A stretch of 64,000 bases of DNA, from NCBI GenBank assembly GCA_964016885.1, contig OZ024759.1:36332001-36396000 (forward strand), in the 5' to 3' direction. The stretch comes from Eledone cirrhosa (taxonomy: Eukaryota). Below, one piece after another: positions 14,035 to 30,058 of this stretch. A program made the position numbers and the translations under genes. Within the stretch, counting starts at the first letter, position 1. Each line of letters begins with the position of its first letter. A model generated the notes under the pieces. That model worked only from the letters and a program-made list of their open reading frames with translations. It was not told the origin of the DNA and made no database searches.

Positions 14035-17000
14035 ATGACTAAAATTACTCCAAAATGGCTAAGACGGCATCATAAATGACTAAAATGGGTAAAACGCTTC
14101 ATAAATGACAAAATGGCTAAAACGGCATCATAAATGACTAAAATGCGTCTAAAATAGCTAAAAGTTCATTATAAATGACTAAAATGAGTCTAAAATGGCT
14201 AAAACGGCATCATAAATGACTAAAATGGCTAGAACGGCATCATAAATGACTAAAATGATTCTAAAACGGCTAAAACGGCATTATAAATGACTAAAATAGT
14301 CTAAAATGGCTAAAACTGCAATATACATGACTAAAATGGCTAAAACAGCATCATAAATGACTAAAGTTAATCCAAAATGGCTAAGACGGCATCATAAATG
14401 ACTAAAATGGCTGAAATGGCATCATAAATGACGTAAACGACTCTAAAATGGCTACAACGGCATGATTAATGACAAAAATGAGTCTAAAATCGCGTAAACG
14501 GCATGATACATGACTAAAATCGCTAAAACAGCATCATATATGACGAAATGACACTAAAATGGCATCATGAATGACGAATATGACTCTTAAATGGCTAAAA
14601 TGGCATCATCAATGCTTAAAATGGCTAAAACGGCATCATAAATAACTAAAATGGCGAAAACAGCATCATAAATGACTAAAAGGACTCTAAAATGACTAAA
14701 ACCTCATTATGAATGACTAAAATGGGTAAAACGGCATTATAAATGACTAAGATGTGTCTAAAATGGCAAAAATAACATCATAAATGACAAAAATGACTCT
14801 TAAATGGCTAAAACGGCATCATCAATGCCTAAAATGGCTAAAACTACATAATAAATGACTAAAATGAATCTAAAATGGCTAAAAGGTCATTATAAATAAC
14901 TGAAATGGGTAAAACGGGATTATAAATGACGAAATGACTCTTAAATGGCTAAAACAGCATCATAGATGACTAAAACGACTCTAAAATAGCTAAAACGGCA
15001 TTATAAGTTACTATAATGAGTCTTAAATGGCTACAACGGCATCATAAATGACTAAAACGCCTAAAACGGGGTCATAAATGACTAAAATGACTCTAAAATT
15101 GCTAAAACGGCATCACCAATGCCTAAAATGGCTACAACAGCTTCATAGATGACTAAAACGACTCTAAAATGGCTAAAACGTCATTATGAATGACTCAAAT
15201 GGTAAAACGGCATTATAAATGAGTAAAATGAGTCTAAAATGGCTAAAATGGCATCATAAATGACAAAAATGACACTTAAATGGCTAAAACGGCATCATCA
15301 ATGCTTAAAATGGCTAAAACGGGATCATCAATGACTAAAATGGCTAAAAACGGCATCGTAAATGACTAAAATGACTCTATAATGGCTAAAACGTCATTAT
15401 AAATGAATGAAATGGGTATAAGGGCATTACGAATGATTCAAATGTGTCTAAAATGGCTAAATTGGCATCATAAAAGACGAAAATGACTCTTGAATGGCTA
15501 AAACGGCATCATCAATGCCTAAAATGGCTAAAAGGGTATCATAAATGACTAAAATGACTCTAAAATGACTAAAACGGCATCATAAATGACTAAAATAGCT
15601 AGAACGGCATCGTAAATGACTAAAATGACTCTTAAAATGGCTATAACGTCATTATAAATGACTAAAATGGGTAAAAGGGCATTATAAATGATTAAAATGA
15701 GTCTAAAGTGGCTAAAAAGAGCATCATAAATGACTAAAAGGAGTTTAAAATGGCTAAAAACAGCATAATAAATGACTATAATTACTCCAAAATGGCTAAG
15801 ACGGCATCATAAATGACTAAAATGGCTAAAAATGGCATCATAAATTACGAAAATGACTCTTAAATGGCTAAAACGGCATCATCAGTGCCTAAAATGGCTA
15901 AACAGCATCATAGATGACAAAAATGACTTGAAAATGGCTAAAACGGTATTATTAATGACAAAAAGAGTCTAAAATGGCTAAAACGGCATGATACATTACT
16001 AAAATGGCAAAAAACAGCATCATATATGACGAAATGACACTAAATGGCTAAAATGGCATCATGAATGACTAAAATGGCTAAAACGGCATTATAAATGAGT
16101 AAAATGAGTCTAAAATGGCTAAAACGGCTAAAACAGCATCATAAATGACAAAATGATTCTCAAATGGCTAAAATGGCATCATAAATGACGGAAATGACTC
16201 TTAAATGGCTAAAACGGCATCAGCAATGCCTGAAATGGCTAAAACGGCATCATAAATTACTAAAACGACTCTAAAATGGCTAAAATGACATCATGAATGA
16301 CTAAAATGGCTAAAACGGCATCATAAATGACTAAAATGACTCTAAAATGCTAAAACGTCATTATAATTGACTAAAATCGCTAAAACGGCATTATAAATGA
16401 CGAAAATGACACTTAATGGCTAAACGGCATTATAAATGACTAAAATGGCTAAAACGGCATAATAAATAACAAAAATGAGTCTAAAATGGCTAAAACGGCA
16501 TCATCAATGCCTAAAATGGCTAAAAGAGAATCATAGATGACTAAAACGACTCTAAAATGGCTAAAACGGCATTATAAATGACTAAATGAGTGTAAAATGG
16601 TTAACACGGCATGATACATGACTAAAATGGCTAAAACAGCATCATAAATGACAAAATGATTCTCAAATGGCTAAAATGGCATCATAAATGACGGAAATGA
16701 TTCTTAAATGGCTAAAACGGCATCATCAATGCCTAAAATGGCTAAAACGGCATCATGAATGACTAAAACGACTCTAAAATGGTTAAAATGTCATCATGAA
16801 TGACTAAAATGGCTAAAACGGCATCGTAAATGACTAAAATGACTCTAAATGGCTAAAACGTCATTATAAATGACTAAAATGGGTAAAAGGGCATTATAAA
16901 TGATTAACATGAGTCTAAAATGGCTAAAATGGCATCATAAATGACGAAAATGACTCTTAAATGGCTAAAACGGCCTCGTAAATAACTAAAATGACTCTAA

Positions 17001-19777
17001 AGGACTAAAACGTCATTATAAATGACTCAAATGGGTAAAAGGGCATTATGAATGATTAAAATGAGTATAAAATGGCTAAAATGGCATCATAAATGACGAA
17101 AACGACTCTTAAGTGGCTAAAACGGCATCATCAATGCCTAAAATGGCTAAAATGGCATCATAAATTACTAAAATGACTCTAAATGGCTAAAACGGCATCA
17201 TAAATGACTAAAATGGCTATACGGCATCATAAATGACTAAAATGATTCTAAAATGGCTAAAGGTCATTATAAATGACTAAATGGTTATGGGTAAAACGGC
17301 ATTATAAATGACGAAAATGACTCTTAAATGGCTAAAACGTCATTATGAATGACTAAATGGGTAAAACGGCATTATAAATGATTAAATGTGTGTAAAATGG
17401 CTAAAACCGCATCGTAAATGACTAAAATGACTCTAAAATGGCTAAAACGTCATTATAAATGACTAAAATGGGTAAAAGGGCATTATAAATGATTAAAATG
17501 AGTCTAAAGTGGCTAAAACAGCATCATAAATGACTAAAAGGAGTTTAAAATGGCTAAAACAGCATCATAAATGACTAAAATTACTCCAAAATGGCTAAGA
17601 CGGCATCATAAATGACTAAAATGGCTAAAATGGCATCATAAATTACGAAAATGACTCTTAAATGGCTAAAACGGCATCATCAATGCCTAAAATGGCTAAA
17701 ACAGCATCATAGATGACAAAAATGACTCGAAAATGGCTAAAACGGTATTATTAATGACAAAATGAGTCTAAAATGGCTAAAACGGCATGATACATTACTA
17801 AAATGGCAAAAAACAGCATCATATATGACGAAATGACACTAAAATGGCTAAAATGGCATCATGAATGACTAAAATGGCTAAAACGGCATTATAAATGAGT
17901 AAAATGGGTCTAAAATGGCTAAAACGGCATGATACATGACTAAAATGGCTAAAACAGCATCATAAATGACAAAATGATTCTCAAATGACTAAAATGGCAT
18001 CATAAATGACGGAAATGACTCTTAAATGGCTAAAACGGCATCAGCAATACCTGAAATGGCTAAAACGCATCATAAATTACTAAAACGACTCTAAAATGGC
18101 TAAAATGGCATCATGAATGACTAAAATGGCTAAAGCGGCATCATAAATGAATAAAATGACTCTAAAATGGCTAAAACGTCATTATAATTGACTAAAATCG
18201 CTAAAACGGCATTATAAATGACGAAAATGACACTTAAATGGCTAAAACAGCATTATAAATGAGTAAAATGGCTAAAACGGCATCATAAATAACGAAAATG
18301 ACTCTTAAATGGCTAAAACGGCATCATAAATGACTAAAATGGCTAGAACGGCATCATAGATGACTTAAAATGACTCTAAAATAGCTAAAAGCTCGTTATA
18401 AATGACTAAAATGGTTAAACGGCATTAGAAATGACGAAAATGAATCTTAAATGGCTAAAACAGCATCATAGAGGACTAAAACGACTCTAAAATAGCTAAA
18501 ACGGCATTATAAATGACTAAAATGAGTCTAAAATTTCTACAACGGCATCATAAATGACTGAAATTACTCCAAAATAGCTAAAACGGCATCATCAATGCCT
18601 AAGATGGCTAAAACGGCATCGTAAATGACTAAAATGAATCTAAAATTGCTAAAACGTCATTATGAATGACTAAAATGGGTAAAAGGGCATCATAAATGAC
18701 GAAAATGACACTTAAATGGCTAAAACGGCATCATCAATGCCTAAAATGGCTAAGACGGCATCATAAATGACTAAAATGACTCTAAAATGGGCTAAAACGG
18801 CATCATAAATGACTAAAATGGCTAGAACGGCATAATAAATGACTAAAATGATTCTAAAATGGCTAAAAGGTCATTATAAATGACTAAAATGGGTAAAACG
18901 GCATTATAAATTACGAAAATGAGTCTTAAAGTGGCTAAAACGTCATTATGAATGACTAAAATGGCTAAAACGTCATTATAAATGACTAAATTGGGTAAAG
19001 GGGCATTATAAATGATTAAAATGAGTCTAAAGTGGCTAAAACAGCATCATAAATGAGTAAAATGAGTCTAAAATGGCTAAAACGGCATCATAAATAACTA
19101 AAATTACTCCAAAATGGCTAAGACGGCATCATAAATGACTAAAATGGCTAAAATGGCATCATAAATGACGAAAATGACTCTTAAATGGCTAAAACGGCAT
19201 CATCAATGCCTAAAATGGCTATAACAGCATCATAGATGACAAAAATGACTCGAAAATGGCTAAAACGGTATTATTAATGACAAAAATGAGTCTAAAATGG
19301 CTAAAACGGCATGATACATTACTAAAATGGCTAAAACAGCATCATATATGACGAAATGACACTAAAATGGCTAAAATGACATCATAAATTACGAAAATGA
19401 CTCTTAAATGGCTAAAACGGCATCATCAAGTCCTAAAATGGCTAAAACAGCATCATAGATGACAAAAAATGACTCGAAAATGGCTAAAACGGTATTATTA
19501 ATGACAAAAATGAGTCTAAAAGGGCTAAAACGGCACGATACATTACTAAAATGGCTAAAACAGCATCATATATGACGAAATGACACTAAAATGGCTAAAA
19601 TGGCATCATAAATGACGAAAATGACTCTTAAATGTCTAAAACGACATCATCAATGCCAAAATGGCTAAAACGGCATCATCAATGACTAAAATGACTCTAA
19701 AATGGCTAAAACGGCATCATAAATGACTAAAGTCGCTAAAACGGCATCATAAATGACTCAAATGACTCTAAATTGGC
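14035..19777 (-). repeat. Same satellite in reverse-complement orientation
   Basis: Units read TGGCTAAAACGGCATCATAAATGACTAAAA. Confidence 0.97.
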
Positions 19778-20935
19778 TTTTAGCCATTTTAGGCCTTGAT
19801 GATGCCGTTTTAGCCATTTAAGAGTCATTTCGTCATTTATGATGCCGTTTTAGCCATTTAAGAGTCATTTTCGTCGTTTATGATGCCATTTTAGCCATTT
19901 TAGACTCATTTTAATCATTCATAATGCTCTTTACCCATTTTAGTCATTTATAATGTCGTTTTAGCCATTTTAGTGTCATTTTAGTCATTTATGATGCCGT
20001 TTTAGCCATTTCAGGCATTGATGATGCCGTTTTAGCCATTTAAGAGTCATATTCGTCATTTATGATGCCATTTTAGCCATTTTAGTGTCATTTGTCATTT
20101 ATGATGCTGTTTTTAGCCATTTTAGTCATTTAAGATACGTTTTAGCCATTTTAATGTCATTTTAGTCATTATGATAACGTTTTAGCTATTTTAGTGGTTG
20201 ATGATGCCGTTTAAGCCATTTTAGAGTCAATTTAGCCATTTATGGTGCCGTTTTAGCCATTTTATAGTAATCTTAAGTCATTTATGATGCCGTTTTAGCC
20301 ATTTTACTTATTTATGATGACGTTTTAGCCATTTTAGTCATTCATGATGACGTTTAGTCATTTATGATGATGTTTTAGCAATTCAGTCATATATAATGCC
20401 GTTTTAGTCATTTTAGTCATTTATGATGACGTTCTAGCAATTTTAGTGTCATTTTATTCATATATAATGCTGTTTCAGCTATTATATTCATTCATGATGC
20501 CGTTTTAGCCAATTTAGTGTCATTTTAGTCATTTAAGATGGCGTTTTAGCCATTTTAATGTCATTTAGTCATTTATGATTAGGTTTTACCTATGTTAGTG
20601 ATTTATGATGCCGTTTAAACCATTTTAGAGTCAATTTCGCTATTTTAGTCCTTGATAATGCCGTTTTAGCCATTTCATTCATTTATGATGCCGTCTTAGC
20701 CAATTTAGAGTCAATTTAGCCATTTATGATGCCGTTCTAGCCATTTTATTGTCATTATAGTCATTCATGATGCCGTTTTTAGCCATTTTAGTCATTTTTG
20801 ATGCCGTTTTAGCCAATTTAGTGTCAATTTAGTCATTTATGATACCCTTTAGCCATTTTGAGTCAATTTAGCCATTCATGATGACGTTTTAGTAAATTTA
20901 TGATGATGCTTTAGCAATTTCAGTCATATATAATG
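19778..20935 (+). repeat. Same satellite, forward orientation after the inversion junction
   Basis: Switch at AAATTGGC|TTTTAGCCATTTT with no N. Confidence 0.95.
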
Positions 20936-21082
20936 CATGAATGGTCTATCCACCCCCTCTCCCCTTTTCTCCTACTGGCAGGTTTAGCTACCCCTTCCCC
21001 CACCAACTTGCCATCACTGATTTACTACTAACTTGTGATGTGACCAATCCTGGTGATTATCTCTTTGACCTATATATGAATT

Positions 21083-21177
21083 ACCCCTTGATAAGTTCGG
21101 CTATTTAAATACCAGAATTAATTTTTCATTCAGTACAGAATTAGCCGTCGAAACGGCTTGAGCTCAGCCGTCGGGGT
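21083..21177 (+). ncRNA. Type I hammerhead ribozyme with U3:A8 core variant
   Basis: ACCCC-TTGATAA-GTTCGGCTA...TAGCCGTC-GAAA-CGGCT TGAGCTC AGCCG-TC-GGGGT; GUC site ending at 21172. Confidence 0.78.
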
Positions 21178-21382
21178 CTTACTTGTTCCTATATATAGTA
21201 TATATATATATATATATATATAGTATATATATATATAGTATATATATATATATACTATATATATATTATACTATATATATATATATATATACTATATATA
21301 TATATTTTACTCTTTTACCTGTTTCAGCCATCCGGCTGAGGCCATGCTGGGGCACCATATATATATACTATATATATATATA

Positions 21383-21455
<73 letters not shown>

Positions 21456-21476
21456 TATATATGTATATATATATAG

Positions 21477-21507
<31 letters not shown>

Positions 21508-21529
21508 TATATATATATATATATATAGC

Positions 21530-21579
<50 letters not shown>

Positions 21580-22421
21580 TATATATATATAACGTTCTTT
21601 ATTTCGCAGTCTTTTTATCAAACTGTAAAAAGTGTAGTTTTATTAGAATTATTGTTATTATTGTTGTTGTTATTATTATTATTTGCTGTTGTTTATGTCC
21701 TCTGTCAATGTCTCTCTTCGACAAGTCTCGTAATTAACATGGAGATTTTACAGATATCTGGCTTGCGCATAAATGGTCAGTTTATGGCCGTATAATCTGT
21801 CAACATTGCCCTCTCTCATCCCCCTCCCCTCACCCTAGTGTCCTTGTTGATAAAACAGGGGCCAAGTATTGCATTACACCTCGTTTACATCCTTTCACAT
21901 CCATCGGACACTACGGCCGCTCCGTGGGGATGATGTATCAAATATTAGTAATGACCATCTCTATCTAGAAGCACTATATAAATAGTTTATACACACATAT
22001 ATATTTGTGTGTATATATATATATATATACATACATATATATATATACATAACATGTATATATATGCATGTATATGTGCGTGTATATATCTATACATACA
22101 TATATATGCATATATTTATATATATGTATATGTGTATGCATATATATATATATATACATAAATATATAACACGTTTATATATATAAATATGTATATATAT
22201 ATGTGTGTGTGTGTGCGTGTGTATTTGTGTGTATAATCTGTATATACATTTATGTATAGATGTATATATATATATATATAGGAGAAAGTATGAAATAGCC
22301 GTCGAAACGGCTTGAATTCTGCCGTCGGGGTCATACTTTCTCCTATTACCCACTCTACTACGTAGTATTAAGTACTCTGGTGCGTTATGGTCTATCTGGT
22401 TCATTACCACAATTCCTTTGT

Positions 22422-22520
<99 letters not shown>

Positions 22521-22651
22521 CAATACTCATCTTTTTCCATTTATCTGAGGGTTCTAAACTCCATTATCAAGCTAAAATTCCTTTAGTCAAAAATACGGTG
22601 AAAGCTATTGTAATTTCTAATCTGCTCACTGTTTCAAAACATACTTACTTG

Positions 22652-22682
<31 letters not shown>

Positions 22683-22705
22683 CATATATAGATATACATA
22701 TATAC

Positions 22706-22746
<41 letters not shown>

Positions 22747-22753
22747 TATATAC

Positions 22754-22848
<95 letters not shown>

Positions 22849-22971
22849 CATATATATATACATATATATATATACACCTATATATATACATATACATATA
22901 TAGATATACATACATATATATATATATGTATATATATAGAGAGAGAGTCCAATGCACTCTAGTATTTTAAT

Positions 22972-23020
<49 letters not shown>

Positions 23021-23071
23021 TATATATATATGAATATATATATGTGTGTGTATACGTGTGATGTGTGTATG

Positions 23072-23103
<32 letters not shown>

Positions 23104-23854
23104 AAGAGAGAGAGATGGGGGATATAAAGTAGGTGCATTAAAAGCTTCGTTTAAATTCTCGTTTACTCTTTGACCATCAAAACATTTCTGAATCCAAACC
23201 TAATTACACCACCACCACCACACCACCACCACCAAGTCTGGAGGTTTCTGTGATTTCGGGGCCTTCAGACAAAACATCGCCATCACTACCATCACCGCCA
23301 ACACCGCCATGACCATCACAACAACAACATCATCACCACCACCATCACTACTAACACCACTAACACCACTGCCACCACCACCACCACCACCACCACTATC
23401 TCTCATCCCATTATCTCTCTACGGAGACGTTCTGTTGACGATCATCAAAGTCAAGACAGAGAACTCTGACATTAAAACTTCTTATTGAAGGTCGCCAACG
23501 TGAGAGAGATGGAAGGGACGTGGGATGTTTAGACGGTTTGATACTGTTTGTAATAAAGAGATTTAACCACTAATAACAACATCACTAAGTAACTACAACT
23601 CGATAAGCAACAGTAACAATAGCAGTGTATCTTTGGAAGTAAAGGTTAAAAAAACGGCTGTTTGGGTCTGATAGTTGCCTTATGGATAAACATATACATG
23701 TATGTATATATACATATATGTATATATATATATATATATATGTGTACACACACATAAATATATGTATATGTATACATACTTATATACATATATTTATACA
23801 AACACACTATAATTAGGTGATTGCTTCGATCAACACGGCTTATTGAATTTGAAC

Positions 23855-24107
23855 AAACACACACACACATATATACATGTATATACATATATATACATAT
23901 ATATATATATACATACATATATATACATATATATATATGTATATATATATATATACATATATATATATACATATATATACATATATATATATGTATATAT
24001 ATATATATACATATATATATATACATACATATATATACATATATATATATGTATATATATATACATATATATATATATACATACATATATATACATATAT
24101 ATATATG

Positions 24108-24138
<31 letters not shown>

Positions 24139-24168
24139 GTATATATATATATACATACATATATATAT

Positions 24169-24217
<49 letters not shown>

Positions 24218-24226
24218 CATATATAC

Positions 24227-24257
<31 letters not shown>

Positions 24258-24343
24258 CATATATACATATATATATATATACAAATATATATATACATAT
24301 ATACATATATATATATATATACATATATATTATATATATATAT

Positions 24344-24376
<33 letters not shown>

Positions 24377-24378
24377 TA

Positions 24379-24457
<79 letters not shown>
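23855..24457. repeat. Long (TA)/(TACA) microsatellite, representative of dozens in the window
   Basis: Directly visible; source of the YI/YIH-repeat pseudo-ORFs. Confidence 0.98.
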
Positions 24458-24459
<2 letters not shown>

Positions 24460-24666
24460 CGTCTAGTTACTACGACTGTGCCATACCAGGGGCGAACGTT
24501 TCGTTAGCTTGGAGGGCCAACATTTTAATATTGTGTGGATGGAATCGGTGCCCTTGTTATAACTGGACGTAATCATTACATTAATCCTCGTGCTACAGTT
24601 TCCAGTTCCTCTCTACTTTGCATACCTTCAGCAAGTTATTATCACACTATATAGATATATATATAG

Positions 24667-24774
<108 letters not shown>

Positions 24775-24952
24775 ATATATATATATATATCTATATATAT
24801 ATATCTATATATATATAGATAGATATATATATATAGATATATAGATATGTCTGTGTCTGTGTGTGTGTATACACACATATATATATATATAGAAATGCAC
24901 ATATATAGTTCGGATCTAGCTGTCGAAACGCACGGAGCTCAGCCGTCGGGGC

Positions 24953-25273
<321 letters not shown>

Positions 25274-25352
25274 TAATATATATATATATATATATATAAA
25301 GAGTCAGACCCCGACAGCTGAGCTCCGGCCGCTACGACAGCTAGATCCGAAC

Positions 25353-25391
<39 letters not shown>

Positions 25392-25405
25392 GCATATATA
25401 TATAT

Positions 25406-25456
<51 letters not shown>

Positions 25457-25578
25457 TATATATATATATATACACATACACACACACATATATATATATA
25501 TATACACATACACACACACATATATATATATATACACATACACACACACATATATATATATATATATACACATACACA

Positions 25579-25669
<91 letters not shown>

Positions 25670-26213
25670 CCACACACATACACATACACATACACATATA
25701 TAGGTCCTATCCAACAAGCCAAGTTGCTATATATTCAACATATTCAACATAGCTACCAGAATTCCTATAACGATTGCTCAGTTCTGGAAAAATTACAATC
25801 AGAGATTCCATAATGGACATTCTTTGCCAGTGACATTCCCTCGCAACAATATGGCACTCTCCTGTAGAATGGAGTCGGGAAGACGGAAACAGCTACACTT
25901 AGATAATATTGGTTTTAAACATTTTGGAGTTAGGAGATATTTCTTTTAGCTCTCACTTCTGGTGTGTGTGTATATATATATTTATATATATATATATACA
26001 TATATATATATTCATATATATATATTATATATACATATATATATACAGAGGTACAATATATATATAAAGTGGCGGAAGTTACGAGATATATATTCTGTCT
26101 GCCAGGTTCAAATGTCACCAATTACTATAACAGTAAATCTCATTCCAGTAATTTAAGTATTTACAGTTTATATATTATAGCATACCTAGCATTTCAACCC
26201 ACCTACTACCTCC

Positions 26214-26215
<2 letters not shown>

Positions 26216-26282
<67 letters not shown>

Positions 26283-26298
26283 CTTTTTTATAGATATG

Positions 26299-26330
<32 letters not shown>

Positions 26331-26439
26331 ACTTTTTTATAGATATGTATGTATGTATATATATATATATATATATAACTTTTTTATAGATATGTATGTA
26401 TGTATATATATATATATATATAACTTTTTTATAGATATG

Positions 26440-26488
<49 letters not shown>

Positions 26489-26504
26489 CTTTTTTATAGA
26501 TATG

Positions 26505-26539
<35 letters not shown>

Positions 26540-26550
26540 CTTTTTTATAG

Positions 26551-26588
<38 letters not shown>

Positions 26589-26599
26589 CTTTTTTATAG

Positions 26600-26639
<40 letters not shown>

Positions 26640-26655
26640 CTTTTTTATAGATATG

Positions 26656-26698
<43 letters not shown>

Positions 26699-26709
26699 CT
26701 TTTTTATAG
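26216..26709. repeat. Compound repeat: (TA)n-AACTTTTTTATAGATATGTATG, about 8 units
   Basis: A fixed spacer recurs between (TA)n tracts of variable length. Confidence 0.9.
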
Positions 26710-26824
26710 TGCACTCGCAATGTTATCAATATATTTGTAAAAAATCTATGCCGCAAACCATGTCGTCCGTTGCTCTACCAATTATTCCAATCCTCCATAG
26801 TTTCTATATAATGGTTTACTGGTT

Positions 26825-27032
26825 TAGATACAAACCCAACAATTTTGGGAGAGGGGGGAAGCCGATTAAATCGACCCCAGTGCGTTACTGGTACTTTATG
26901 TTATCGACTCCGTAAGGACGAAAAGCAAAGGCTACCCTCGGTGTGATTTGAACTCAGAATGTAAAGAAACGTAAGTATATGCCACGAAGCATGTTGTCCG
27001 ACGCTCCACCGAGTCTACTGCCAATCCACCGA
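26825..27032 (-). mobile_element. tRNA-derived SINE (family B; core TTTGCCTTTCATCCTTACGGGGTCGATAAAATAAAGTACCAGT, Meta-domain-like)
   Basis: B box GAGTTCAAATC followed by the conserved core. Other copies or fragments near 30730, 35400, 35755, 43350, 51935, 54100-55320, 60960 and 63740. Confidence 0.8.
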
Positions 27033-27318
27033 CCTCAGGCTTTACTATAATGCTAAACCAGACACCTGTATGTGTCAATTCCTCATTCTCTCTAATTTAC
27101 AGCTCGTTTTAAGGTACCAGCACATTCCTCTCTTGCTTAATTTGTGGGAGGATATATATATGTGTGTGTGTGTAAGCACATATGTATATCTATATAAGTT
27201 TAAACGTATATAAATATATATATATGTATATATATATATATGTATAAATACACGCATACATTACATACATGTACATACATATGTACATATGTGCATATAC
27301 ATGTATATATATACGTCC

Positions 27319-27375
<57 letters not shown>

Positions 27376-27400
27376 CAACGACCCTATACATGTATATGTA

Positions 27401-27437
<37 letters not shown>

Positions 27438-27881
27438 GTCGCTATACATATATCTGTATCTACACACACACGTATATATATACATATATATATGTGTGTG
27501 TGTGTATGCGTATGTATGTATGTACGTATGTACTTATATGTACACACAGAGCAACAGTGGGGAAGATGAAGAAGAAAAGAAGATTTTAGTTTATTCGCTG
27601 GAATTCCGTCCCATTCTTTCCAATTGTCGAGAATCTTCGTTTGGCAAGAAAGAGTTAATTCCCCCTAATTAGCTAGGAGATTCAATTTGTTGTCTGTCGA
27701 ACGAGGGCTCATCTATTTACGACCGTCCGTTTATGAGCCGTTTACCAGCCACCAGGGAAGAGCCATATAAGTATGATGCTACTAACTTTCCTTAGTATAT
27801 CTATCTAGCTATTTTATTTTATTCCTTATCTTCTCAAAGTCTCACTCTTTCTGTCTTCCGCTTCATCTATTTATATTCAAA

Positions 27882-27915
<34 letters not shown>

Positions 27916-27923
27916 CATATATA

Positions 27924-27954
<31 letters not shown>

Positions 27955-28075
27955 ACATACATATATATACATATATATATACATACATATATATACATAT
28001 ATATATACATACATATATATACATATATATATACATACATATATATACATATATATATACACACATATATAGACA

Positions 28076-28130
<55 letters not shown>

Positions 28131-28494
28131 ACACATATGTATATATACATATATATGTATATATATATATATATATATCTTCATATATGTGGGTGTATAT
28201 ATGTGTGCATGTGAGTGGGTATATGAGTGTTCACATGTATGTGTATGTGTGTTCGCATGTGTGTATATATGTGTGTATATATATATGCATGTATATATGT
28301 TTGTGTTCACAAGTGTGTGTGTATATGTATGTGTATATGCGTGTTCACAACTGTATATATATATATATGTGTATGTATATATGTTTGTATTCACAAGTTT
28401 GTGTATATATGTATTCACAAATGTATGTATATACATATATATGTGCGTATGTGTGTGTGTTCACAAGTGTGTGTATGTATATGTGTATTCACAA

Positions 28495-28550
<56 letters not shown>

Positions 28551-29853
28551 GTGTGTGTATATGTGTGTGTCATAAGTGTATATATATATAAGTGTATATA
28601 TGTATTCACAAGTATATGTATGTGTGTGTATGTGTGTCATAAGTGTGTATATATATATATATATAAGTGTATATATGTAGTCACAAGTATGTGTATATAT
28701 GTATATATATATATGTGTGTATGCCCCTCTTCTTTCCTCTTATTTCATTACTATTATCCTTTCACAACCCCCCCCCCCCCCCTATCTTCATTTTGACGTT
28801 TTTATTTAAATTTTAAAGTTTTCTTATTTTTATTTTAAAACATTTCAGTTTAAAATTTCATTCTTTAAGAAAAGCTATTCCATTTCAAAATTTAGAATCG
28901 TATATTTTATTTACTAAATGTAAAATAGAAAAAGTTTTTTAAAAAATACAAAAAATAAAAATAAAATCCTTTTTTCATACCAGTTTCTTTCCTTTCTTTT
29001 CTTCTAGTTATTTAATATTTGATAATAGAACCGCCATTATTTTTAGTAATTCGCTAGAGACCAATATATCCAGAAAGCCAGTCATCTCAGGTGTAGCGTA
29101 AATTATTCAAGACTTAAACCAGGCCTTTGCAATAAAACGCTAGCCCGTTATCCGTTTGCCATTGGATCAAGCTGAAATGAAAATCAGGCGTAGTTGTGTT
29201 AATGTTTGGCGGTGTCGTGATGAAGGCAGAAGGCAAAAAGCAATATGTTTTGTAGTGGTGCTGTTTGGTGTTAGTGGGTGTAGAGGTGGATAGTCGATAG
29301 CGGTTATACGCTAGCATAAATCAAGGCATAAAAATTTAGGGGGGCTTCAAATCCATTTCCTAAAGTGATTTTCGGATCTCTTGTGGTAATAAACTTCTTT
29401 TTCGGTTTGGAGAACACAAAAATGTCGCCAATTGCTGATGTTAGTGAGTTGCTGCTTGTCGGCTGCTTCTAGAGAATTGATCGATCGTTTTAGTTTCCGT
29501 TAAATTGATGCAAGCTTTCAACGGCAGCAATGGTTTTTCCATGCTTGACCGATGAAGCGTGTTAAGTGTTAGGTTTATGTTCAGAACAGAGTCGAACCCA
29601 CTTTGCTGCTATAGCATCGTGCCATTCCAATATTTTATCTTATTCCAATAAAATAGGTTTGTTTTAACAAGATTAATTGAAGAAATACATTTGTTCCCAG
29701 CTGTTCTGAATACATGCCAATCCGTTTGTCAGTCAGTCCGTTTATCGATCGATTTTTGCATCGATGTATCTCCCATTCCATCTTTCTAATTTACGAATAT
29801 ATATACATATATATGTGTGTGTGTGTGTGTGTGTGTTTGTGTGTGTGTGTATG

Positions 29854-29905
<52 letters not shown>

Positions 29906-30058
29906 AACCAGTCTAGTACTAGGGTCGATTCTTCCTCTATAACTCTCTGTGTCAATACGGCACCCCTACGGCTTTATCGGGAGATACGGGACCATATAAA
30001 TGTGTGTGTGTGTGTGCCACTGTTTCTACCTCTGTGTGTATATATATATATATATATG

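Noticed and set aside
3430-20935. Satellite as a CRISPR-like array, or as a gene for an IYDAVLAILV-repeat protein (ORFs 3931-4200, 9001-9219)
   Set aside because: No unique spacers and no cas genes; frames are broken constantly by 11-bp subunits and stop codons.
23200-23406. Gly/Val-rich ORF
   Set aside because: Derived from degenerate (CAC)n trinucleotide repeats; no splice or homology support.
25862-25900. CTGTAGA...GAAACAGCT as a hammerhead
   Set aside because: The core has A6 changed, and stems I and III do not pair convincingly.
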